Source of the DNA: Lingula anatina
Lineage: Eukaryota > Animalia > Brachiopoda
DNA length: 64,000 nucleotides
Assembly: GCA_051362555.1 (NCBI GenBank)
Contig: CM120647.1
Coordinates: forward strand, 9,982,001 to 10,046,000
Reading direction: 5' to 3'
Below the pieces are notes generated by a model. It saw nothing but the letters and a program-made list of their open reading frames with translations. It did no database searches and was not told where the DNA came from. The position numbers and the translations under genes were made by a program. Positions 52,332 to 64,000 of the stretch are shown here, one piece after another (the stretch's first letter is position 1; every line of letters starts with the position of its first letter).

Positions 52332-54272
52332 CGTGGGGGAAATAAATGAGAGTCTGAATACGGCGTTCAGTATGTCTGTACAGGTACCTTGTTCAATTCA
52401 ATGTGACTGGTTTGTTATTAAGGTGCCGCGTGAGGTCGACAGACTGCGCCAGCTGGCGGTGGAAAGCGTGAAGTTACTATTCTTATATAAAAAAGAGAGT
52501 ACCCAGTAGAGCAAGAAGTAGGACAAAGGGACCGGGTGCCCGAAAAGAAATCGCATAAAAAGAAACCATTCAGTCATTCGACCTTCGGCAAATACCTGTA
52601 TAGCATGTAACCTACTTGCCAGACATATACGCGTACGCGAGCGCACACACACGCGCTAAATTCGTGTTATGAAATTAACTGGGGGTGGGGTTAGAATTGT
52701 ACGGCAAACAAAGGGGTTGTCGCCTTGATGATTCCGTGTCACTGAAGACTGCAGGTGTCGTTACGGCGATGATGTCACCAATTTAATAGCGCAGCAAATG
52801 CCTCGATGAATGGCGTAAACTATAGATAATATACGTGGAAGGTCCTATTAGTGATATCCTGTTTTCAAATTAACATACGGGCTTATATTGAATAGGTTTG
52901 TTGAGGGGTGGGTGCGGAGAGGCGTTACTAAACCCCCGTAATAATACTAGAGTAAGCCTTTTATTACAGTTCAAGTAACTAGTCAGGTCCGCGGGCAATA
53001 GGCATTCTATGTGTGTGTGTGGCGGGGGGGGGGGGGGGGGGGGGGGGATATCCATTGAGCAGGCAATTAGATCGGAAAAGGTACGCTCTGCAAAAACAAA
53101 TATATATATATATATATATTGAAGTAGGTTCAATGCAATTTTCAGGTTGGGTCAACTGGGGGGGGGGGGAGGATAGCTTTTTTAAAAATAAAATTATTTT
53201 AAATAGCTGGCTAGTGATTATAAAATTTCATTTGTATCTGTATATTCGCTCTTAGTTCAAATGTACCGTATGTCGGCTACCAACTTTGATCAAAACCTCG
53301 AATACGTTATCAAAAACCCTTTTAAATAAAAATACCTCGCTTTTAAAACTCACATTCGCTCTCTTTATCATAGATCAAATACAGCCTAGTAGGTAAACAA
53401 CCAAGGCAATGCAAGGAGACACCGAGTCGTAATACGTGACCATCAATTCATCCCTGAGTCAGCGTGTGAGCTGATGGGGTTAGAGCGGTATCTCTCCGAG
53501 ATAGTAAACTGTCTCTGGACGATACAGCCGAGCTCACCGTAAACGTAGGAGCTCGTAGGAGTTAGATCGATCCTGCTGGTATGATAGGTTTATGAGAATC
53601 CCGTCTTAGGGCTAAGTTTCTCGCGAGACGAGGCACCACGCCACAGTGCATTTTACCTTGTAGGTTTGTAGGTAATTAAAATTTTCGGATATTGCACAAG
53701 TTTGACAAAAATGATGCCAGCGTTATTCGACCACCGAAAGCTAAATATGCTGTTTATTAGCCCCATGTAGCGTGAAAAAGGGCCATAAGATCAAGTTTCA
53801 AAGCAAGCAGATAGATTCAGATCTTCAGGTGAATTTATTCTCCTCATCCATATTTATGGCACAGGGAAGAGCATGAAAACTATAAACATCATAAATATTA
53901 CAGTATATAGTTCTGCAACTTCTGCTTAATTATGAACAGGGCTAGCACATGTTTAAACTGCACATATTTTGATGTCAGCCCTTCTACTACAACTTGAGTG
54001 GATGAAAATGTTTCCACTTATGAAATCTACAGAGGTTCCTTTATTTTTCTTATTGACAGTGACAGAAGATGTAGACTCCTGATACCATCTGAGCAGAAAA
54101 CAGACCACGAAACTATCTCGAGTAGGATTAATTTGAATCGCGATTTGATGTCTCTACTGCGTTCACACTAGAAGCTTTACATCGATAGAATCGCGATTTG
54201 GCACTAATCGCGATTGAAAGTGTCTCGTGTGAATGGGGCTTATGAAACATACTTAAGAGCCATACATATATA

Positions 54273-54532
54273 CAGTGGTGGATTTAGAGTATAACTACTG
54301 ACCCCCCCCCCCTTTCGATTTCTGAAAAAAAAATCACACCAATGGTCTCCTCTTAAAATAAAAATTTTGAATAGCTAAATCATAGTTCTAAACCGTACCA
54401 AATGGCACCATCCGCCCTCGAAAATATCATTTTTTATCGGGGCCCTTAAGTGGGCCCCGAACCCCATGCCAGGGGGGGGGGGTCGGCTTCGCATCCGCGG
54501 ACCCCCCTTCATATAATCCTAGATCTGCCCCT
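54273..54532. mobile_element. MITE family C copy
   Basis: cagtggtggatttagag ... agatctgcccctg; reverse homologue of 32552-32784. Confidence 0.8.
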
Positions 54533-55074
54533 GATGTACATATGTAACTGACAGTTTGAAGAAACGATACACCCATCTCTAGCAATAACTTCTGTCATCT
54601 TGCCTTATGTATTTTGTATTTACATATATGTTATAAAACTAATAGTTGAGTAGGAAGCCTGTACAATGTAACCTGTACACATTTTAGTCCTCAATAAAGA
54701 ATTATTATTATCATTATTATTATTATTATCATTATTATTTGCAATGCAAAATACTGCTTAAAAATTAAGTGCATTCGGATGTTGGCTTCTTCAGGAAATT
54801 TTGCACATTTAATAAGTAGAGCCGAGGAATTATACACCACCCAGTGCGTTAGTGGCACAGAAAACACAGACTTTACCTTTTTGATCTACTGGTAGACTCC
54901 ATCTGTCAGTTTCAAGTGGAAATCAACCGAAATACAAACGGCACTTGTATTCTAGCAGATCCCAGGCACTAAACGCTGCTGCTCCATAACTTGTGGCGGG
55001 CCTGTTTTGGAGCTTGGGTAGTGTCCCCTCTCTCCTTGTGTAACTACTGTCGGACGGGGTTATGCAACTTTTTT

Positions 55075-55075
<1 letters not shown>

Positions 55076-55126
<51 letters not shown>

Positions 55127-55220
55127 TGTGTGAGAGAGAGAGAGAGTACAGTATATATGTGAGAGAGAGAGAGAGAGGGGGGGAAGAAAGAAAAAGAGAG
55201 AGCAAGAGAGAGCGTGCACA

Positions 55221-55269
<49 letters not shown>
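55076..55269. repeat. Compound (GT)n/(GA)n microsatellite
   Basis: Direct reading; other simple repeats at 56893-56954 (CA/GA), ~58078-58117 (TA) and 60074-60114 (TTCTA). Confidence 0.95.
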
Positions 55270-55272
<3 letters not shown>

Positions 55273-55280
55273 AGTCCTGT

Positions 55281-55322
55281 AACTGCGCAACTCGGGTGCA
55301 ATTACATGTAACCGATATATAA
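55281..55322 (-). promoter_or_regulatory. Candidate TATA + initiator core promoter
   Basis: Minus-strand ttatatat at ~55315-55322 with an Inr-like gcagtt ~33 nt downstream; leads through a CT/CA-rich leader to the candidate exon at 54877-54902. Confidence 0.3.
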
Positions 55323-56889
55323 GCAGAAGAGAACACATGAAAACACCCCCGCCTCAAACGCGCTTTTTAAACTATACGCATCGAGCAACAAAGACGTCCA
55401 CGCCACGCACACACGTTCACGTGCCTTGCAACTACTTTTACTTCAAATATGAGTTGTTTTTTTTTATGAGTTTAGAAAAATATTTTTTCGCTGTAAACTG
55501 CAATAAAAATGCCCCATTTAGGAAGGAGTCTTGTAATGAGAGCGCAGCTCGTGTTTTGCGGATACACATTTTCATGTTAAGTCGAGCGGATAAAAGTCGT
55601 TTCAGAATTAAACGGTGCATTTTATGAGATAAAAGTCGGAGATTTAAATCTGTGATTTTAAGTTACTTTAATGCACCGATATGAAGTTAATCGCACTCTC
55701 TGTGACATCATAAAGATAAATACTTCCGCTATTTCTTTTTTTGATTTGAAAGTAGTGCATAGTCATTCAACATGCCTAGGGATGCAACCTGTTTTTTTTG
55801 TTAATTAACGTGACTTTTACGTGGTCACGTAGCACTAAATGTTCGAACCGGATACGATGACAACAAAACAAGGCCCATAAACTTTGCGACAGCAAATAAC
55901 TTGTAATTAAAGTAAACTATGTATAGAAAAACAAATGGCGTAGAATCTCAAAAAAAATCTTGAGAGAAAAACTTTTAACATCTTGCCTTTTATTTGATCT
56001 CCTCCGTAGACGCGTTTTAGGCCGATTTATCGGTTTTAAATTGTCCCTGTCTGAATGCCGCTGAAAAACATGTTTTTGACAGCTTAAGTTCATATATCAG
56101 TGACAATGGCATCGAGGGGCGCCTTCTTGGTATTCTTCGCGTTATCTCTTTTTTATCTATTTTGAATCAAACGCTTCTTTGTTAAAGCAAAATTCTTTCG
56201 CGGTACATTGGGCAGTTTCTTACTATAAACTTGAAGCACATATAAATATTGTCTCGCGTTGCACTCGTTCAGTGGAAAGATGATCTGAAAGAAATAGAAC
56301 AAGGAGATTCTATACCGTCTGATATCAGGGGTCTCTTAATAGTTTGCAAACTTATATCTCAGGCGAAAAGATTAATTTTATAACAGACGACCAGTACTAG
56401 TGAATCCCGTGGTCAGATAATAAATATTCCGCACATGTGTCCCTGCTGAAAATGGGCGCGTGCGTGCATGATTGCTTGCGTGTGTGCGTGCTTGCGTGTG
56501 CATGTGCGCGCGCGAAAGAGAGATAAAATTTATCTTCATCATCGGCATCTGATTCATGAGGATGTAAATACCAAAGTCATTCAATAAAGCCTCTATATAT
56601 ATATTCACGTGCCCAGTGGGCCCCGTGCTGAGCTCCTTTCAACTTACAGCGATATATCAGTTAACGTCGGCGTTCCCTTTCAAATACAACACGGCTCCTT
56701 CATAACAGATAGTAAATGACACCAATCATCTTTTATTTACCGATACCACACATGCATTCTGAACGCGCTGAGTCATTTTTATGAAAACCAGCGACGATAA
56801 ACACTGCATGTGGGTTATGTATGTAAATCCTCAAATCCCTTGATCCAACACTAGTGGCTCTAGCATATCAAAATGGTGGCAAAGAGGGG

Positions 56890-56954
<65 letters not shown>

Positions 56955-58071
56955 AGGAGGGCCACTGAAAAATAGCCACCATATACTACAGCACGTTATC
57001 AATGCGCTGTACGCGTAACAATATCTCACTTCTCTCTCTCTCCCCCCACAGGTAAACAAATGTTTACCGTAGTTTACTGTATGTATAGAACTTTTCTTGG
57101 TCAACGCACATTGTTTTCCTCCCCGTTGTCTGTTATTGTGTCGTTACGCAGGCTGTTTGCTTACTTTTTATGCAGAGTGTGGGTATTATTCAAGAAGAGG
57201 GAGGTTTACAAGTGTTCCATTCAATACGTGTACGTGACTTGCAACCCCGTAATGTGTGTTATGTGGTGGATTGATTCCATTTAAATGCGCATACCTAGAT
57301 CTCGGCTTTTTAAAAATTCAGTCCTAGCGCAATATCTCAACAATTCTGCATACAGTATACATGTACATAACTATAACACCGTGTAAAATGGCTTATCTTT
57401 TAAAAACACGTTGGCAGTCTGACTCTGCTGATAGCTATAGATAACCAAAAAAGAAGTCCACATGCACTCTATTTTAGATTATGAAATCACGCCGCTGGCT
57501 TTGGGAATGTTTTTTTCAACGTCCGGCAGACCAGCACTACATCTCGGTTGCCAAGTATGATATTTTTTGCAGGAAATGGCTGCACAGACAGCAAACAGAC
57601 ACCGTACTTAACATTACATTACCATAGACCATAAATTACAGAATGTAGAACATTATGGCGGTTTCGTCATTCATGAGTGAGGAGCGTCTTGTAAATATAT
57701 CTGATATGTTGTATAAAAAACCCGTCACATAGACCATTAAATCACGACTTGGAAATGAGCTTTTAGTTAATTCCAGCTGTTTAGAATAGGGGGTTAGAAG
57801 AAAAACACGTATTCCACCCGAACTGGTAGGCAAGGGGGTAGGGGTGTAGTGGGGGGGGGGGGGTTAAGACACCACCCATTTGGACGAGAGATAGTCCGCT
57901 CTGAGTCAAAATATAAACACAAATATTAACAGACGTAGGTTTCCCATTAAAAAGGTTCACATTTTCAGAAAAAGAACCTCCATTTCAATTGTTGCCTATA
58001 AGTATGCATTGACGATGGCGCAATACAGTGTTTACGCTGCATTTAATTTAAGTCGTCCAAAGCAAGCACAG

Positions 58072-58119
<48 letters not shown>

Positions 58120-58572
58120 TCTATACGTTATTTATAAGTACAGCACGATTACTACAATGCTTATGGTTCAAGTCGTGACTTCCTGGGATAACTCATAACT
58201 CATTTCGATTTTTTTTTTCATTTCAAGATTGGCAGCATATATATTATAATTATACTAGGGCAACAGAAGTTGGCAGTGATCCCAGGGCTATTCAAATACA
58301 GCACCGTGCAGGAACAAAACATGCCAAGATGATGTTGGATTTGTAATTAAGTGAGAGCCTGATAAATTTCGGGTGGCTCTTGCTATGAAGTTGAATTTTA
58401 ATATGATTGCCAGACCCTAAAAGGTCATGTTTATAAAGTATGTTCCCTATGATACGGGGGATGCTATATGTACGTGTAGATTGAGTTATATTTAAAACCA
58501 GGCAATGCGCGGCCATTCTCTCGCGCTGGATTGTAAATAATGTAAACATGAGAAAGTATAAACACCACTTAC

Positions 58573-58760
58573 TTCACCGCGAGACCTTCCCCGCTCAGTC
58601 GCCGAATTCTTTTCAACATCCTCCCCGTTTTTCCCATGCAGCTCGGTGCCTTGCTGGTGTAGGGGATGTCGTCCCCAGGGGGTTGGCCCTGTGTTCCCTT
58701 AGGTCCGAGCGGTGGTGTGTTAAGGTTGTACAACTCGAGCTCCAGATCGGCTCTGACCAT
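58573..58760 (-). CDS. Otopetrin candidate alternative first coding exon (MVRADLELELYNL...GLAV)
   Basis: GC-rich 62-codon open frame ending AA|gtaagt (consensus donor) in phase 2, compatible with the acceptor at 47141. Confidence 0.55.
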
Positions 58761-61700
58761 GACCAGGACGCATTGGGGGGTGGGGTAGAGCCCCGGAGTT
58801 TGTACACAGCCCCTCTCTCACGTCCCCTAATCTTTTAAAAAAATTATCAATCACAGGTCACAGTACAAGGGACCTGGGTTTTACACCACAGTACCGTGCA
58901 GTCAATATTGCCTGCCTTGATTCATCCAACTGATATGGGTTTTCTTGCTGTCAGCTGTACTGAGTCCCCTGTGGATTAATATACCACCGACGTGCCCTTG
59001 AAACCAGGATATCGCTGTTAAAAATTGAAAGGCCCCACGTCTATATGTGTGCTTTTGCTAAAGGTAACACGGAACGTCAAATAAACGCAGGCTTTAAAGT
59101 CAAGGCGCAAGGCTTTTGTGCATGCTGCGCTGAATAAACGGAGTTGTTTTCCTTCCAGTTTTCTCCCGTTGGCTCGGAGAGAGAGAGAGTGAATGTGGAA
59201 GCCCAAAAACTGCGCCGCTCAAGAACGTGTTGTTTCCGTCTTCATTTTCGAGCGGATATGTCGCAAATCTATCTCCAATGGTCTATATGTATCCGGTATT
59301 ACTCACAGGCAGCACGCTAATATTGAAGATTCAATGATCTTCTTTTTTTTCTCTTTTTGTTTTGCTCAAGGTCGAATGAGGCATTCAATTATGGTCCCTG
59401 CTGTGCACTGAATGGTGACGGCCTGCTGATCCCATGGTGCGCGCTCCGTTGCACATGTAATCGTCTGTTTGTTTCGACATTTCCTCATTTCACTCTCCAG
59501 CCCGTCACTCTCCCTCAATGATTGCAACGCCGTATATGAAGCCCTGACTGCAGTGCGCGTTGTGTTACCTTAAAAAGAGGTCAAATAGTGTTTAGAAAAT
59601 ATGCTACGGAGCAGTAGGCCTAGTAGTGAAATTTCGCCTTTCACCCGCATTCTCTTCATCACGTGACTGCTATTTGCGCGTGCAGCTCTATCGTCTGCTA
59701 CATGTATTATTGAAAAATTTCTTTCGTTTGCCCTTATTTTGTCCTAGGCACAAATGCATGGAAGAGCACACAATTTCAAGTCCAATAATCCTGGTGCGTT
59801 ATTTATTTATTTATGTATTTATTTATTATTGTTTTCACTGTTTTATTAAAACAACTTTATTTGTTAAATGATTCGTTATCATTTTGCTTCTATTTCTCAA
59901 TAAGGCACATCTAGTTCATTAGCTAATTGATTTATTTCGTAATCGTCGATAATCTCAAGGTAAATAAAAGGTAAATACCCTGATGTTGACTATAAAAAAG
60001 GGATATCAATGTTTACATTTGGCGCACGTGTGCGCCGGTGTGAGCGTGCTCGCACACGTACGGGTGAATTGCTTTCTATTCTATTCTATTCTATTCTATT
60101 CTATTCTATTCTATATTTATATCAATTTGAGGAGAATTTAGTTCCGTCTGGAATAGAGCCAAGACGAGCACAGTAGAGGAGAGTTCAAGTTGATACTCCT
60201 GATAGCGAAGTGTGGTCTGAATACCGTAATTTGTCGACCAAACTAATAAAATTACTTTAGTTTCAAAAGTCTTTCTTTCTTGCTTGCTTTCATTTTCTTT
60301 CTTTCGAAAAAAAATCTTATAGAGGCTTACTTTAAATTTGAGAGCGCGGTTTGGAAAGGTTGTAACCCCCCTTCATAAACCCGACTTTAAAATTTAGAAT
60401 TTCGAAAGAGGATGTTTTCTCCATAGTCTGAAGAGATGTGGCTTTGAGCGGCGAAAGCTTGATTTCACACACATGTCAAAATGCCTAATAAATTGTGTGC
60501 TTCAGGCAAGTCGAGATGGGATGACGGTAAATTATGTGTTTTAAAACCAGATATCATTTAATATGCACTTTGCGGTTGCTGGTTACGGTCACTTTATCTT
60601 CCGTGAAACATTAAACTGAATTCTTATTATTGATGAAGGGGAGAGAGAGAGGGAGAGAGAGATATGGAAGCAAGTAATAATACAAACGAAACAATATTAA
60701 ATAAGAAGATAATATATAATGTTAGTCACCTGCCTTTTAAACCATTAACAAAGGTAAAAAGAAAAGAATTCTTAAAATCTATGATTAATTCACACATACC
60801 AAGCCCCTTTATTTAAAAAGTGAAGCATACAAAAAGGACGTGTATAAATAAACCTGTGTAATGTCCTTATCAGTATGAACACGTGTATGTATGACTTGTT
60901 TATGTGCAAGTAAACCAAATGGAACCTTATGTAAACAGTAAACAGGTCTATAATGAATGCAGTCGAATAAAAAAAGATGGTGTGACTCAAGTAGGTCTTG
61001 TCACTGCCATCTGGTATTGTTAATAACACAGTACCTGAATTTACGAACCGTTTTTCAATCGCAGCCGAAGGTAGGGCCAATCGAATAATAGCGTGCCATT
61101 GTCTGGACCGTTGACTCAGATTTGTAAGAGAATTTATTACTTCAACATAATGATTCGTCCTTTTATTTTCACCTTAATTGGCACATGGTCACGTGATGAG
61201 GTGTGCTGACACGTGACATCTGTAGGCGAGCGCACGTGCTGTTTACCTGTGCCTTTACGTGAATATAAATTAAACGTTACCGAATTGTTTATGTAGATTG
61301 TACACATTTTCACGCTCTAATTGTAAAAGATGCATTTAAAGTCAACGTTCTGCCACAAACCCCGACCAAACGCCACGAAAAAGTTGCAAATTTAAAATTC
61401 ATAGAAATACCAAAGAACATCGTTTCATAGTTCCCGAAAAGATATTTGGACGGATATTTTCTGCTTTCTGTACATGTATCTCTAAAGTTACCAATAAAGC
61501 GAGCGTGGATTTCCAGTAACGCGTGTAATCCACTTCTACAAGTTTCTTATACAACTAATATAAAGTCGACATGCCAATTCCTAAACCAAATTAATAATAA
61601 TAAATAAATAGCTTTAAAAATGCACTTCCTTCAAATCTTTGTTCGTAAATTGACAGAGTCGTCGCTCCCTCCAATCAATAAAGGCCCTTTAAATGACGTT

Positions 61701-62590
61701 GGATTATATACTCTCACTCGCCTGTATTGATGTATAGCCGTGAGCGCAGTTGCATTAGGTCTACTCATTCAAATGAGACTGCTGAGGGATATTTATAGCA
61801 CAGAAAGAAAGCATAAAATATTCATTCAAATATCATTTTTCAAGAAATATGAAACGATGTCCCTTGCTATTTCTCTAAGTTACCATATTCGAAACTATGT
61901 ATCTTTAAATGCATTTCATTTTTCACAGCACGGAATTCTTTGAAGGTCAACATTGGAATTTAATATTAATCGTAATAAATATATTACATTTATTATAACT
62001 GACAATTTAATTCCCTGTGTAGTATCTAACAATGTGTCAAAATTACAGTAAAGAAAGGAAGAACTTTCCCACAAAGTGTGGCGCATTCCAGCACGAAGAG
62101 CGTTGTCAGTGAACACTTATCTGATAACCTGACGATCTAGCAGTAACGGGACACGGCAATTTCTCTGTGTCACGATACACCGATCTTAGACAAGTATATA
62201 CTAGAACATGTAAATCGTACTTCAGCTTTGGTGAAAAACAAAGACATTGCGCTTTCGCAAAAGAACAATGCCGTTCAAACTCGAGATGCATCTTTTATTT
62301 TTTGATCTCATACCCATAGAGACACCTTCGATTTACGTGGATCGACCGATCTATGCGGGGACTCTCGTTAAGTGCAATCAGCTTAATTGGATGACACGCC
62401 TCCTTCTGTTTCCAACACACTCAAATAATCACCAGCTTTTCTGTACTCTATTTAAAACCAGGAGGAGGTGTGTTAATCTGATAAGCTGATTGCCTTCAGC
62501 GAGAATCCCTGCAGTGCTGGGTCAATCCACGTACCATGGTGTTAATGGGAATGCACCCTTTGTTTAACAAGACGAGGTGGTCAGGGTGGG

Positions 62591-62625
<35 letters not shown>

Positions 62626-64000
62626 GTCCATACACATTTTAGCCAATCTGTGAGGCCATACTTGGACACTGCCCTTGCACGCTCATTTGATAACGGCATT
62701 TTCGCTCTAAAAGTTGCACATGTACAATACCGGTATCTACTCACAATGCAGTAGGTGCGCTTAAATTAGGAAGACCGCGTATTTTGGGTCCAACTGCAGA
62801 ACTTTTTAAAGGCATTGCTGTGATTTCGAGCCACCCTGTAAGGAACGGCAGACGTCCCTCGACAGAAGAGATAAAAATGGCGACTAGCCTGATAACGAGG
62901 GGTAGGTTATCTTGTTGTGTATGTTTACTGTTGATCAACGTCTGTTTACCCGTTTGACGATAATAAAGCTGTCGGAATAAAGCATAATGCACTACACAAA
63001 GAGCCAACTCTCCAACCAGACTCACTAAGAACAGTACTAGTAATAAAGAGAAAACACTAAAAAATATCTTTAAATAGACCGGCTGCATGGGGACCCATGC
63101 GTAATCGGATCGACTTGTGACATCAACTGGTCTACTTCCGGTCTACTAAAGTTAGGCTGGTGTGAACCCGTACCGCCGAGTGGGTTATTCCTAGGTTTAT
63201 GGATGAGAAAATAAAGATAACATTTGGAAGCGTATATGAAAAAAATGTTTAAAATTGTAGCTATATAGTGTAAAAGCGAGTATTTGCCTGCGTTTGTCTT
63301 TGAAATTATTTTTTTTCGAGAACGTGCGAGCGCGTTTCATGGGATTTTGGGCATAGTCGTATCCTTAATCCGCTATAAGATACGTTAGAGTAATTTCCCA
63401 TCTCACCCCAGCTTATCTCTTTACAGATATCATGTGCCGATTGTTGTGTGCCAACTTTATCTGTGACATAGTATACGATCGTCGCTGGTCTTTCTTCGCA
63501 CAGATATCTCGTTTTCATTTCAAGATACCGAATCTGACGATGTTGTATACTTTCGAAAACGAGACCTTCGCTCGGAGATCGAGAGCAATGGGGCTGCAGC
63601 AGTACCCCAATAGAAACGGGGCAAATGGGGCTTGACAGTTAAGGCACATGTGGGACACTGAATGATGCATTAATTCTGTATTAATTGGGTGGCGATATGC
63701 CGTACACGTAACAGGCGTGACCGTAGCAAGGCGGTGAGAAGCGTAGCTGAATTTGTTGAACTTCTGGTGCCGACAGAGTAAAAAAAAAAAAAGAGCGTCC
63801 ACCATTGCGTCCCAGGAGCAGGAATCGTTAGGTCAAAATTAACAAATTGGCAACAGATATTATTGGTAAGTATAACACAATATGCTTCTGGCAGATGCAA
63901 GATTTTACTTAGGAGAAGGGAATAAGGGAAGGGGGAGTATTAAAGGGTCATAACAGAGCGCTGTGTACGCTCTACAAGATTACAGCTACTTGGTAGGCTA

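Noticed and set aside
54923-55338. ORFs rich in LSLS/HTHT/RERE
   Set aside because: Translations of dinucleotide microsatellites.
56741-56757. Another ATG..phase-2 donor (MHVWY) upstream of otopetrin
   Set aside because: Weak donor and a competing upstream ATG in phase 0; it illustrates the chance background for the alternative-first-exon finding.
59000-64000. Assorted 60-115 aa ORFs in the last 5 kb
   Set aside because: Low-complexity or random-like translations without domain motifs or supported exon chains.

Overview
AT-rich, intron-containing animal genomic DNA, most likely from a marine invertebrate (taxon not determinable here). It contains three recognisable genes. (1) The last four coding exons of a + strand kinesin-3 KIF13/Khc-73-like gene ending in a CAP-Gly domain (1014-4162). 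(2) A single-coding-exon class A peptide-receptor-like GPCR on the - strand (35916-37046). (3) A spliced otopetrin proton-channel gene on the - strand (43318 to at least 47141) with a long His-rich cytoplasmic loop. Upstream of the otopetrin lie several candidate ATG-initiated, phase-2 alternative first exons (49.1-58.8 kb). Between 10.6 and 22 kb, a ~2.3 kb segment is present once in one orientation and twice inverted inside a tandem X-Y-Z/Y-Z/X-Y array, with a 34-bp minisatellite in the spacer. The rest is MITEs, Helentron/HINE-like repeats, mini- and microsatellites, and a possible decayed small gene at ~23.4-24.1 kb. There are no prokaryotic systems and no CRISPR. All exon coordinates and alignments were done by eye and need RNA-seq or dot-plot confirmation.
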